Assembly (NCBI GenBank): GCA_002633005.1
Contig: NMRA01000600.1
Coordinates: 172,695-236,694, forward strand
Source: Phoronis australis
Taxonomy: Eukaryota; Animalia; Phoronida
Direction of reading: 5' to 3'
Length of the DNA stretch: 64,000 bases
A model generated the notes under the pieces. The model worked only from the letters and a program-made list of their open reading frames with translations, was not told the DNA's origin and searched no databases. Shown here piece after piece: positions 26,854 to 40,478 of this stretch. The first letter of the stretch is position 1. Every line of letters begins with the position of its first letter. The translations under genes and the position numbers were made by a program.

Positions 26854-27070
26854 AGTCCTCGTCTTCTCTCAAACTGCCCATGTGGTTACAGTATCCGAAA
26901 ATACTTACTACATAAAATCTTATTTTCGACACCCTTTCTTTATATTCGTTTCGCCTTTCTTGCCAAAAGCGATTTTTGAACAGTATTTGACCCTTCTCTC
27001 CGAGAGTATGATTACCGGTTGTCATCGGTTATTTCGTACCCACATTTCCGGCTCATCAGTTCGGGAACTT
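26854..27070 (+). mobile_element. Left end of a TTAA-flanked DNA element (family of 1-212)
   Basis: TTAA|AG terminus at 26850-26855; reverse-complement match to the window start. Confidence 0.7.
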
Positions 27071-29478
27071 GTCCTGAACGCCGCGATTTTTTCCTTGCAA
27101 ATGAATGTGCGATCGCTGGCTCGAAAAGTCTTCATTATTTTGTTTTATTAGTAATATCTCGCGATTCGTTTGCATATGTACTGTATTTATAGTTTGTAGT
27201 TAGTGGTCGTTCATTTTTTGGAATATTACGTGTACTTAGTATGTTAAAATAGCATTGGTGTTTAGTTCCTTACGCAGGCCGGTGGAACCAATATGAGTCG
27301 AACCAATTTTTTTCGGTTTTATTTTTTTCTCGTTTTGAAAAATTACTTTGCTATCATCAGAAAGGTAGTGAATTCTACTCAGTAAAAATCGAAAAAGTAT
27401 CAAAATCGGGGCAAGCAGTGTAAAGTTATTGCAAGTTTTGTGGCGAAATTTGGGTCACTTTGTTTGGATCGCGTCGGCCATATTGGAGGACAGTGGGATA
27501 AGTTGCGAGTTCAAAAAATTGTGTAAATTGTTTTCGCCAACAAATTACGGTGAAATTTAGTTAGACATACCTTTACTTACTATTCTGCACGATTTAACAG
27601 TGTTCACCGAATTTCAGCCTCGCAGTCGTTACTCATTAAGTGATAAATGTGCTCACAATTCCCGTTGAACTTCGTGTCATTTCTGGCGGCACCGACAACA
27701 AGGCGACTTTTGCTGAACTGAAAGGCATGTTCAATCGGCTACTTTGTAATTTGTGAAGATTTAACGTTGATACATTTTGACAAACGTTTCTACAAAAAAG
27801 AAACTTTGTTCAATTTTCGTGTTTTTTGTGCAAAAATATAAGATGTACTAACCAGCCCGTAATTTCATGCAAGCGTCTGAAACTACATGTACCCTTGAAT
27901 ATATGCAGCATTTATGATTTGACCATTTTACTTCAACAAAACAGCTTGCAACCGCATGCGTTTACCGTTCGCCAGTGTCTGGTCTCGATCGGCACCGGGT
28001 CCGATAGGCTGCGGTCCCGGGTCTGGCAAAATAATTTCTGTCAAAATTTATTCGCCACATTTCTTCAGCAAATTCGATAAAATTGTCCGTATTTTGATTT
28101 TATTAAAATTAAGGCGCGCTGTCGATTATTGTATGCCCGTTTGTGGGCTGGTAACAGGTACATTTACTCACACTGACGGCGTTTTCTTAGCCTGGGTTCC
28201 TGAATGAATTGTACTTCCGGGTTCGCGGCAAGTTCAAAATGGCTGTGGTTCTTCGGGTGCGAATCGTGAGTTGCGCGTTCATTTAAACTTTTTTTTCGAG
28301 TACGGATCGTGTATTAGTTATGGGGTAGGTACTTCTTGGATCCTTATAACATCCTCCAACCATGTAATAAGGGTTAACAACGCGTGAGAGAAGGCCTTTA
28401 ATTGCCTCTCGAAATTGGTGGGGAATGCGGAGGGAGAGGAGCAGTACGATATTTGTGGCAGCGAAATTAAGTACATGTGACCCAGCGGTCTGTTTCATGA
28501 AGTGATTTAAGACAGAGATTTGGTCTTGCAATCCACATATATTTTTCAGAAAAATATTTAAAATTTAATTGAGCAAATAAGTAAACTATCTGAAAGTATG
28601 CTTATAATTGTTACTTATTGACCAAACTTGTACAAATTATTTCCAAGCTACTATGTATTATTACAGAATTAAACCTTTACTTGGCAATTGTGAATTGGAA
28701 ACATTATGACGGCCATGACTGTATGTCTCTGACATGAATATTCTGGATTATTGACAGCTTCCAAATAAGGTCCGGTTTTAGGCAAACTAAATAAAACGCA
28801 ATAAAACAAACTCATTATTGTTTTAAGTGTTTGTCTGAAATTTAAGTTTAAATACCAAAGAGCCATGACAATCAATTGCCAACTGCTGTTGAATTACACT
28901 ACATGTAGGTTATGGCAATGAAGAAAATTTTAATTTTAGTTTTTTATTCAGGGCTTTTCGGTTTCTTTGTCATAAATGAGGAATTGGCAAAAGTCTACTG
29001 CAATGATGCTCTGGTCCTCGACAATGTACTGACTACAACAACAGGCGCCTACCCCAACATATTTTCGCAATGTAAGGGCTATGTCACCAATCGCACCGCT
29101 TCACCAACTTTACTTGGAGTCATCAAACAGATATTATTTTCTAAGGTTCAGTAATTTATGCATAAATTCGTTTTGCCTACTACTTAGTACTAACGATAAA
29201 TGTGATTTCTTTATTGTGATGATAAACAAAATTTTTGCCCAATACCATTTTCTAGTTTCATGTAAACCCTTGCTGCAGATTGTGAGGATGCAGAAGATAA
29301 GGACAAGGCAGGCCTGTAGGAAGGCTAAAATTATTGGGGGAAGGGGGGCACAAAAAATTTCTACTTCGCCAAACAACCTACACCAAATCGCCAGCACCTC
29401 AGCCACCCCCTTTGTCCCTGTGCTTCCGATGCCACCATATTTGTGCAGAATATCCCACGTCCGCCCTAGGTGGGCTCA

Positions 29479-29634
29479 CAGTAGCGAATTAAGGGGTAGC
29501 CAAGGGAGCATGGCCCCCTGAAATTCTCCCCGATTCCATCTTTAAGTTAGGGGTGCGAATTTCTGACGGGTGAAATCCTGGCTAACACTCTGTCCTGCCT
29601 CCCCCTCTAACTCAAAATCCTGGATCCGCCCCTG
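29479..29634. mobile_element. GC-rich MITE, same family as 36999-37132
   Basis: CAGT.GCG.ATT... to CTAACTCAAAATCCTGGATCCGC..CTG shared between the copies. Confidence 0.6.
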
Positions 29635-30473
29635 GACAATCTCGGGGATGAAGCCATCAAGAGTTGAGTAACCGTGAACCAACACGGAGAGTAAGAATGG
29701 TCCTAGGACCAGTACACTGACCGGTAGCGAAGAGATGGCTCAAATAGCTATAGCTGAGATCTAACATTGTGAAAACACAAAATTCCCGATGAACTAAAGC
29801 TAATTGCTGGGCAGCTCTGCAGTGATTCACTAGAGACAGGCAGCTTGTACCGGCCGTCTGTGCTCGCACTAAGATCAAAATTCCTTTTATTGTGATCCAT
29901 TTTCGGGAAAATTTTATTTTATTATGGTCATTCTTTGAAGGAGTTTTTTGAAAAGGTGAGGTCCTGATGTCCCTGGTGTAGTGTCTTTGTGGCTGTTTCA
30001 AAATGACCGGTAGTCCAGTTCCTGTTCGTTGGGGAAAAGGATAGTGGGTCTAAAAAATGTACACACTTCCTGAACGCCTGGATTTCAAATTCAGTTCCCG
30101 TGGATCAGTGAAATTCTGCGCGGGCCTACTGCATGGTTACATCTTATTATTAACGTGGTTACGTCATCATGACGTGCACGCGAATCAGGACAAGCAATCA
30201 AATCAAGTTTGAAGAAAAAAAAAATCATTGCTACTGGAAACTAAAAACACCAACGAAGTGCTAAGACAACCTTTCCAAGCAAGAGTTTAATTTTATTAAA
30301 TTAAAGGAGAATGCCACCCGATTTAATTATTCTTCTTACCATCTTAGTCGGTCCACATCACCTCGTATACGGTCGATCTTACCTCGCCGAGAGGTGGCGC
30401 ATTAACCTGTGAGGAAGGTGAGACACGACGCAGCAACGTCAGTTGTTCTTCAGCAGAGTGAGTACCTCTGTGG

Positions 30474-30679
30474 TGTGGTGTATCGTTCCCACTTGTGCGA
30501 ACTATGAAGCTGCGAGGAGAGCTGGGTAGGCCTATATCCCTTTTTTCGAGTTCGTCCAGAGCCCATAATTCTTCTGAAGTGGCTCGCGGTAGTGAAGAAT
30601 TAAAAGTACGCCGTTAATAACAAGTACAGCTGTATGACTGAGGCCGTGAAACTTCTCGTGTCTGTCAGTGGCCATCACA
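30474..30679 (+). mobile_element. Candidate solo LTR
   Basis: TGTGGTG...CATCACA termini; flanks CTGTGG / CTGTGA; TATA-like at 30533 and AATAAC near the 3' end. Confidence 0.4.
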
Positions 30680-32255
30680 CTGTGATTGAAGTAGTATTTA
30701 CACAAACCGAATAATTAACTCAAACTAAATACTCTTTCATGCTTTTCCATGTACATTTGGTTGTTTTCATATTGAACAGCAGTGACACCGGTTGCCAAAA
30801 TATAAACAACACATCGTATGAGAAGTGTTTTTGTCGTTCAAAAAATGTCTTTAATATTGCTTTGGTAAGCTGCTTGGCTGTTTTCAGAAATTAATGTAGA
30901 AGTCTACGTCCAAGCAGTTTTTTTATGTAAAAATCTCGCTACAGGGGGGTTATTTTAAAACTCAGATGCTTTAAAATTCCTTGGTCTACGTACGTTTTGT
31001 AAAAACTCACTGTGTGGGGGGTTTTCTGGTGAACGGTGGTGGGGAAATGCGTCGTCGGAATCTAGGACACCCTGAAGTATAGGGAATCCCATTTTAGACA
31101 CCCTTTTTCGATATCCTAGATGAACCTCTAGAAACGAATTAAACATGCTTTAAAAAGGGCAAATTTGGTACTAGTCAACGAGAGCACCAGCCATCCAGAG
31201 GCAAGGTGAGAGTCAGCTGATTTTCACCAAAATTTGACACATAGGTAGTCCTATGGGATCTATAAACAGTAGTAAAATATTTCCCAAAAATATTACGTTC
31301 TACTAAAGTTATGGGCTTAAACACATTTTAGGGATTCGCAAGCATTATTTTCAAGCTGTAAAAACTGTCCAAATTTAATTGTTTACATTTTTCTTGAATG
31401 AAAGCTATTGAACTATTATTTACATGGCAATGTTTAGTGATGCCAGTAGATTTTTACACAGATTTCTTGAAAAAAACGATACCGATTTACCACCCTCATT
31501 TAGTAGTTTTACTACACTACCCCCGTTATGCTATTTTGAGGTTATGTTTAATACACTGCTATACCAAATCTGCCCCCATTGCTATGAAAATGAAACGTGA
31601 CCAAAATGTTGACAAAAAATGTTACTTCCATTGCGTATAATAAAATTTTTGTCAATCAGTTAATTAGTTATACGGTTTGACACCTCAAATGAATTAAAAT
31701 GAGAACTTTTCAAATATCTGAGATCGTTGCGTCAGCACGTAAAATCAGATTGTCTTTAATGTTTTTTGATATTTTGCAATTAGTTTGTTCCTCTGAATGT
31801 TTTGAATGTTTTATTTCTTACCACATTTAGATACCATACATGGCTCCATTTTTGTTAAAATCGATTATGCCCTGCCCAGTGAACAGGGTTAGACATGAAC
31901 TCTACATATTGAGGTTATTTTGGTTTATACATGTAGTTGCTATACCTTGTAATTTCCATGTGGGTATTTCTTCACACACATTCAAATAAGATTTTCTGTT
32001 GATTAAATGCTTATGCAATGCATTGTAATATCTAATAAATGATACCTTTAGTGGCATGACCACAATTTTATACGACTTGAAACAAAAGGCCGCAAAAGTC
32101 TTTTGTGTTCCTGACGAAATACCGGGTGTGCAGTTCTCTGAAAAGATTCGAACGACAAGACAAACTCCATCACTGTACATGGCAACTCGTCGCATGCATA
32201 TTGCCCATCGGTCGTATCATTGTTTTCCGTTGTTGTGTCATTGTTGGATATAACA

Positions 32256-33216
32256 CATAGGCGGATTTAAGGTGGGCCCCGGGGACCCCCCCCCCCTTGG
32301 CTACCGCAAAAAAACTAAAGCAGCGAGAGCGTAGGGAAATGTTGAGTTTATTAATTAACCCCGGAAATTAAAATTATACGGCTGAAACAAGATTTAAATG
32401 TGTGGGGGGCTCAGATCCAATTTCAAGTGTCAAATTCGGAACACGGCGCAATCGTAACGAAACTATGGCTAAGTATAGGCTCTCCCGCGATATCTCAGGC
32501 GACTCCGTTTCTGTCGTCTGCTCCACTGTGCAATGAAGAAAATTACTTCATTTTTGAAAGAAAATGGAATCTGAGTGATGGTGAAAAAACAGAAGCTGCT
32601 GGTAAGATGTCAATTTTAATCGAAGCCTGAGTGAATCACTCAGAAACTCACAATTCTCTCTTTGTCAAACCTTAACTTAAGACGATTTCCAAAGCAATCG
32701 CGTCATTATTGCCAACACAAAACACGGATTTGGGCTGTTGGACAATTGAAAACTATTTTAAATACAACAAATTTGTTACGAACTGATTGCACAAAATATA
32801 AAACATGTAATAAGCATTACAAAAAGAAGGAGGTTTGGCGCGCAAACGCTGTGAACCATAAACAAGTAGGTCTCTTAGTATATTATTAGGAGCTAAATCG
32901 TGGTTGTGCAGTAGTAAAGCACGCGAGCTCTGTCCGCTAGGTCGTGAGTTCGAGTCTGTGGTACTTGCAGTTTTTTTTTTGTTTTTTTTTTTTTTTTGAC
33001 ACCTTCTTTTTTTGCCTTTTTTCTTGAATAATACTTCGGGAATCAAGGAAAGTGCTTGAATTTTAGAGGAGAAAACAGAAGAAAAATTTCTTGGGCGGGG
33101 AGGGGGCAAACCCGAACTCCCCCCATTCGGTGCTGTGCGCATCTACAATCGTGCTTCGAGCAAATGCTTACAGACAAAATGTTGACCCCCCTTGTGATAT
33201 CCTAGATCCGCCACTG
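32256..33216. mobile_element. GC-rich TIR element containing a tRNA-like segment near 32890-32960
   Basis: Termini shared with 22495-22810. Confidence 0.5.
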
Positions 33217-36200
33217 TAACAGCACAAGTCACATGGATAAAGAACCTTGGGCGTACATCAGACCGTTGCCGATAAATTATTGTCATTATCTTTATTAATT
33301 TATAACAGTGGAGAATATTGAAGATGCTAATGTGTTGTTCTCTATCCAACCAGGTTACCCGTGGATGACCACAGAAGAGAAATTCCAAGGTACCCACAAA
33401 CAATTATCTCGCAACTCTGTAACTCTTACCGCGTACACGAATCCTTCCCGTGGAACCTAAACACCATTTTTTTACATATATCCATGTATTGAGTTGTATT
33501 GCTCATGGTTTGGGTTCAGATTCCGTTGTATTGGTAAGATTCCAATCCCTAACCCTAAATTTGCAGTTTGAGTAAAAGTTCTAGACAATGCAGGTTTATG
33601 GATTTATTCTCTTTTAAATTAAGAGCAAAGCTCAAATTCTGCACTGGTTTTTCAAAAGTAATCACTCACTCGAAGACCACACGCCTAAAAATAATACAAT
33701 GTTTGAAAATTTTATTCTTTATCTCATCTGAAAGTTATCTGCCTCACAGACAAATCATCTAAATTGAAAACATTCCTTGTGAAAAAATATAAAACACCAA
33801 CCAGAGACTTGTATACAGCAATGTATGTTTTCATAATACAATACAAATGCCTTCTAGAACTTTTCAACACTCCAATTGATACACCACACAGTCAACCACA
33901 CAAAACCGTGAAGTCAGGGAATTGCACTTAAGGTGATGTAGTCTCACTGCGAAGAAGGAGTTTCACAATGTCGCTGGCATCAGTAAATTTCTTCTTCATA
34001 AACTTGACGTGGCTGTTCATACGGAGAATTATGTACCACACCAATGTTCCTATCGACAAATAACCACCACAAAATGAAAAATTGGCTTGTCGCTTCCAAT
34101 TACAATGAAATGGTAATGGAAAAATACTTTTGCAACATGGTTTGCATTACAATTGCCGTGCAATTACAGTTGCAATTACATACATACATCTGCTAGACCA
34201 GTTACGAAATTATTTATGGAACCATAAAATTGTCAAATTCACCAAAAACCAAGGAATCACAAGAGCTAATGTGCCAACAATTTTCAGTACTACAACAAAA
34301 ATTTGAAGTGGACATCTCAATAAGATGCCTTGTCGAATAGTGTGTGATTTTATGCACACAGCATGGTCTCAGGGATTACCAAACTGACAATTTGCTGCAA
34401 TTCCAGAAATCACTTCCCATCCCGATAAGGAAGAGATTGAGAAAGTTTATAGAGGTAAATGGTCTAAATCAAAACTTTACCTCCTGGACAGAATATGGGT
34501 TTACAACCCATGCAGAAAGATATGTGAACAAAACCAGCCAAACTGCAACAGGGGCCCAAATGTCAGTAATAAATACTTATTTGCAAAAAAAAACATTATG
34601 GTAAATACATGTAAATTGCGCAAACATATATTCAGAAGAAATACACAATTTCAAGGAAAACAAACAGTACAGTGGTCAGAAATCCCAAAACAAACGTCTA
34701 AATGTAATGGCCACACCGAGAAATCCTGTCAGACCAAAAAATCCAGTGGCTAAACAGAAAGAACAATGTAACATTACCATATGGCTAGGAGCATAGTAGG
34801 TGGCTGGATCAAAATTCAATCCAGGTAAAATTAGATCTGTGCTCCTCGCACAGCAGTTCTGGTTCAAACAAAGCTTGCAACAACTCACAAGCAAACTTCC
34901 CTGCAAAGCTATGCTGACATAGAAATGCCACTACTCGATTTAGCAGATCAGCCAGAGTAATACAGGTCCAGCCAATGTACTGTTTCCTCTTTTTAATTTT
35001 TACACTGCTACATCCTGGACGATCTTAAAGCGCAGATTTTTTCCAGTACATACCCCACTTTCTCCGTTATATCTTCTTCATCCAAATGTTCTAGTTTCCC
35101 ACACTTGCCGCGAGTGGCGTATCTCAACAAATGATTTTGGACCTGCTGTGGTTTAAGCTAGTAATCTTTGGCAAATACTTCTTCCCAACTCGCTCCTCAA
35201 GTTACAAATTGTCTTTGACACATCTTCTGGGAGTAGTCTTTTCGGCCTCTCTCTCTAGCCAGAAGGAATTTTTCAATGGTTATGAGAAAATTCTTGCTGG
35301 TTTTGAACTTTTACATACAGTAATGAGCCAATGTTTACAACCACCTCAGACAAAGGGAGCACTTGCAGCAGGAACTACTTATCAGTGAAAATCCTCAGTC
35401 TTGTTGTCTTAAGTGCTCGAAATTGTTTTTCAAGTATTGGGTTCATTTCATAGCCCATCAAATGTAATGAAATTAAAATATTTGGTTTCCTGTGAATTAC
35501 CTGCAGTTGCCACTGATGTCACCAAAGGAAAAATGGCTGCCGAGGAAGATGACTCAGTGAGTGTTCACTGGAGTCGTTATGTTAATCTGGTCAGTAGGAC
35601 TTTAATGGAATACCCAAACAAGCAAGCAGTTGAAACGTTTGATAAATCTAATAAGTCGATAACAGATCTTCTGAAACATGTTAATTCAGGCCTCATCCCT
35701 TTCACTGCAGACGAAGAGGCAGATGAATGTTGCCAGAAGGGGTTTGATTACCACCGTTCGTTCTCAGAATTGACTGTTTAAGGGAAACATGGAGTTCAGT
35801 TTGGAATTATATGGAGACCAAGAAAAAACATGTACCCAATCTCAATTGTAGAGTTTAAGTTTGGGGTGTCGGATGAAATTTCCCAAAGAATTTTTCGAGG
35901 AAGAGATATTGTCACTCAAGGGGGATGTTTGTATGCATTTATAGATAACTTTTATTCGCCCTTATTATGGAGATAAGAAATTGCATGATCTAGTTTTTGA
36001 AATCAGTTACATTTTCAGATCTCTCTTTAATGTCGGGAAGGCAAAGAATTTCAGATCACGCATCCACGGGTATTTGTCCAGTTTATAAAACATTTTCACG
36101 CCTCTGTTGAAGCCCACAACACAATACTTAATAATTCTTTAGCATAAGAAGAACGAATAGAGTAACCCAACCGATAAAAACTTGTTAAGAATCAGACAAC

Positions 36201-36998
36201 AGACAGCATGAGAAACTCCAGTGGCTCGAAAACGAGGCAGTAAATGTGCGTGACAAATGTTTATGGCATTGTGGGTAAATACAGCGAGATTTGAATGTCG
36301 CTGTGTAATCCTGGACGGCCATATTGCCATGAACCCCATGAACTGTATGTTTTTTTAATTCTAGTTATGTGTGCTTCGACCGTGCGGTTAATAGCGGAAA
36401 GGATCGACAAAAATTACTAATAAACTTCAGCACATGCATTATACTCAAATAAATAACCCCTGCATAAATCCTGAATGTTACTGGAGTGATACACTGACTT
36501 ATTCAGTTCTGACAGTGGCGTTATTTTGAACTCGGGGGACGATTTGTGCGAGTTAAAATATTGCTCTTCGTTATCCGTAGGACTCACAAAGGATTGTAAG
36601 TGATACTCAAACATGAAGCTAAGAACGTGAATTATTTTTAGAAATGCCATTGCTCGAGAGAACCCTTGTCGGCCGTCCCGCCGGCTTCCGGCTGTAGCGC
36701 AGCTTAGAAAACTCTAAAAAAGTTACTCAGCTACTTTGAAATTTGAACACGCATCTTAACCGAGTACAGAGATTCCATCGCTTACCTCTCTTCGAGCCAG
36801 TTGTAAATGTCGTCTTGGCTCTTACCCTGGCACTTTTCTCTGCGATAATTCTACGTTTCGAACACTCACTGACGCCTTGTTATGCGAGGCGACCTAATTT
36901 TATAAGCACATCCTCGTGATGGTTACGTGACACAACAACTCATTTCTCTGACTCCGACAAATGTGCAAAAAGCTCATTAATTGGTCCAATCTCATAAG

Positions 36999-37132
36999 CA
37001 GTGACGGATTTAGGGGGGAGGGGGCAAGGAGGTCATGGCGTACCTAAAATTCTTCCAGATTACATTTCGCAGCTCGGGGGTGCGAATATCTGCCCTGGAC
37101 ACCCCTAACTCAAAATCCTGGATCCGCTTCTG
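36999..37132. mobile_element. GC-rich MITE
   Basis: Homologous to 29479-29634. Confidence 0.55.
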
Positions 37133-39005
37133 TTTTTTCACAAGCATGAAATGTACCTCCAAGAAAGCAGCTCCAGTGTTACCATGGTAACCGATATTTT
37201 AGTCTCGGTGCCGATTTTGCTTACAATGGTCATGAACCTATCATGTGATATTAAAATTATTCAGAATGATTCCGTTTGAAGCAGGAACTGCAGTAGAAAA
37301 TGCAGTTAAAAATGATTCATTCCGCATCAAGAAATTGCCTCATTTTGCCTCCCAGAAGACTAACCTAGTATCTCCTAAACTACAAAACTTTGTGGTGTCG
37401 TGGGCATCAAATTTCTTTCATCCTTAATGTGATTTATTAGACTAATCATGGTTATGAATGGCTGACCTTGCCGCTTGTTGGCTGTACTGTGGTCGGTGGA
37501 TCCGTGGACTGATACTTAAGAGGAAATACTTTGAACGAAACACGGTGATACCTTTGTGTTTTTAGGATTGCGAAGTGTGAGTTGAATAAAATGTGAAATG
37601 TCACTCCACTAGACATTCAAGAAATTAAAAGGAACAATACCTCAAGGTTTCTTCAAGCAGTCTGTGACCCGTCTGGGTCTCTTCGGAATTTTGTATAGGG
37701 GGTTTGTCTAAACCACTGAAAGTACAGATGTCGAAGAAGGGTACAGATGACGAAGAAAAGTTTAAACACTACAATTTGACACATTTACCAGGAACAATCA
37801 CAAGATTTAAGAATGTATTTGAAGTCAGTTTGTCACACATCAACGACTAAAACAACAATAGGTAAAATGTATACCTGAGACAGGGTCATGAACTTGACAG
37901 CAACATAAGAGAATTCTATTGTAACGTTAATATTGACGCAAATTCAGGCTTACATTACAGCCCATAGCCTAATCTCTGCATTCCATCAAACAACACGAAA
38001 ACTGAGCAATTTCATGATATGAGCAAACTTGCGGATTTGTACATGTACTCCAATTATGCGACTTGATTGGCTAATGTTCTGAGGTTGTGGGTTCAAGTAA
38101 TGAGCGTCGACCATGCAGACTGCAAGTAACTGTTTTCTCCTATCCTGCACAAAAATTATTGATTGACGCACTTTTAAAATTCGCCATTACGCACAGACAG
38201 TCATGTTTACGACAGTTTATGGTTGGGCATGTACCCTGCTCACGCAGGACAATGCGGTCAATACAACGTATCCGACACCGTCGACGCACACCCTTTGATC
38301 ATTGGGAAACCCATTCAGAAGGAAGGGCGGTGAACATTCCAGCATATCTCAAGCGTATAATTGTATAGTACTGATCAACTCGTATTTTTTACGAATCTCG
38401 TAGAGCAGTACGACCGCGTTTGGCCTTCGACCGTACACTAGTCCTACCAGTCTCCGCCATCTGTATTTCTGTTGACTTCTGTGGCTGCGCATGCGGTGTT
38501 GTAATGTTTATATGTATTTTAATGACTGTCCTTTTTATTCCTTGTCAACATTTCTTGCGTTCCTAGTGTTTACAGAATTTTTTTTCATTATTGCACGTTT
38601 TCAAAGTCAATATTTTTTTAACTATATGTTTTACCAAAAAACGGGTTGAGACGACGTGAAGAGGTTTTTTCCTGTACACCTTGTACAATATTACTTTAGA
38701 CAATGGTTATACCGGATAAGTCAGGGTAGAGCTTTTTAGAATCAACAATTTCGATATTGAAGGTGTGATCATGGGCTTGTTTTAAAGTTCATGGCGAATT
38801 CTTGTACTGAACTTTCTCCTGGTTTAAAATGAATAATGAGTGGCAAATGAATGGTGGCAGAAAGTAAGCATTTTGAAAATACCAGACGATACTAAAACTC
38901 TGAGATACAAGGAATTGTTAAAAAACTAACCCATTAAGTGATGATTAAGACTGCAGCCAGTGTAGTATAATGAACTATCGAAACTGCCAACAAGAAAGAT
39001 ATACT

Positions 39006-39330
39006 TCAGCGACAACACATGGCCCCTAGATTTGCGTTAGATTGAGAAACCATGGAAGGATTTCCTAAGAGTCTGTTCAATACTTTTACTACTAAACAAT
39101 GCTTTAAATAAAATGCAACAGACGTATTCTTAAAAATCTTCTGTAATGAAAATAATACCGAAATAATCATCACAACGCTTTCAAATAGACACGCAACAAT
39201 TTTAGTGACGTCCGTGTCAGAGGCCCTGATCAATGCATTGTCATTTGTGTTGATAAAGAGGAATGTAAGAATCGCGTCGACATTTCCATGGGAACCTTGA
39301 GAATCCGGTGGATAACCAGGTGCATAGTAC
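39006..39330 (-). pseudogene. Academ-like transposase fragment
   Basis: QGSHGNVDAIL...ALIRASDTDVTKI resembles the HEEAD / RASDTDV motifs. Confidence 0.45.
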
Positions 39331-40478
39331 CTTTTTAAGAAAGGCGAACACAGTTTGTAGCCATGTCAGGCAACAAGTGTTTTCTCCCTAAGAAATGGTC
39401 TATACAGGTCTTTCTGCAAAACTGCCCTTAAAATGTCCCGTTCTGCATATCAGGAGTTTTTCAAAAAGACATTTCTGGGTGTTAAATTCTTGTTACGCTG
39501 TTTTACGGAATGAAGTTTCATTTGTCCTAAATGAAAAGCTTAGGCCCTAAAAACAGGTGTTTTTAAGTAACTTTGTTATTCTGTATTGCCTGTACCTACT
39601 GTTGTCTGTAGTACTTGACTACACCCGTGAACTATTTTTTAATAAAAAACAATCCAGTATTTCTGGCTGCTAACCGCGTACATGTACTGTGTATTTTGCA
39701 ATTGGCAGGCTCTTTGCGGACCGTGCAACTTTTTTGATTTTTTACACCATTCCGAAACATCATCTAAATGTCTCGCTTTTTGGCGCGCGGCTAAATCGAC
39801 ATACTACCGTATGTACTATTATAATTTCCCTTGCGACATAGCTATATTTTCCAGCTGGACTAAAACGGAAAAACAAGACAGGTTCTTCAGCTCAATATGC
39901 TACAGTAGCTGCGGTTTCAATGATCACATAACTGGGTTGTTTTTGACAGTTCCCGGTTGTCAGACGATTGACTGTGGGTTTGTTTAAAAGGTAGCTATGC
40001 TTTGGGATTGTGCGTAGATGGAAAGTGAATGATCAAATCCAGTAATTAATTTATTATATGATGACCCCCAAATAGACAAAGGAAACCTATTGTTAATTAA
40101 GTAATCAACTACAAAGAGTAACTATGCTAGCGCCCTCTTTAAAGATTACTTTAATCAACCAAAACAATCAAATGTCGGTATCTGCTATCCAAGCTAGGAC
40201 TCTCCACTTGTTGAATGTCTGTCCTGTTGGTGAATCTTCGAACTACACACACAATGTATAGCGACAGTGTACTTGCTGGTCACCGTCTTTGGTGATTCAA
40301 CACTTGCAGGCAATTTCTTCTACCTGCAAGTCTTCTTGCTGGTCACAGTCTCTGGCTGATGACGCAACACTTCAGGTAGTATCTTACTACCCACGATGCA
40401 AATGACAAGCTCTTAGTTAGCTTTCTGTTCCTTAACCCTTGCCCTTGCCAAGATTCTTTCTAGAATCTTCCACGAGAN

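Noticed and set aside
1-27070. Inverted copies at 1-212 and 26854-27070 as TIRs of a giant element carrying the host gene
   Set aside because: The TTAA-bounded termini face the intervening DNA instead of enclosing it, so these are independent copies.
35413-36090. Intact gene from ORFs 35413-35781 and 40571-40798
   Set aside because: In-frame stops, a TGG/TAG difference between the copies and no recognisable domain.
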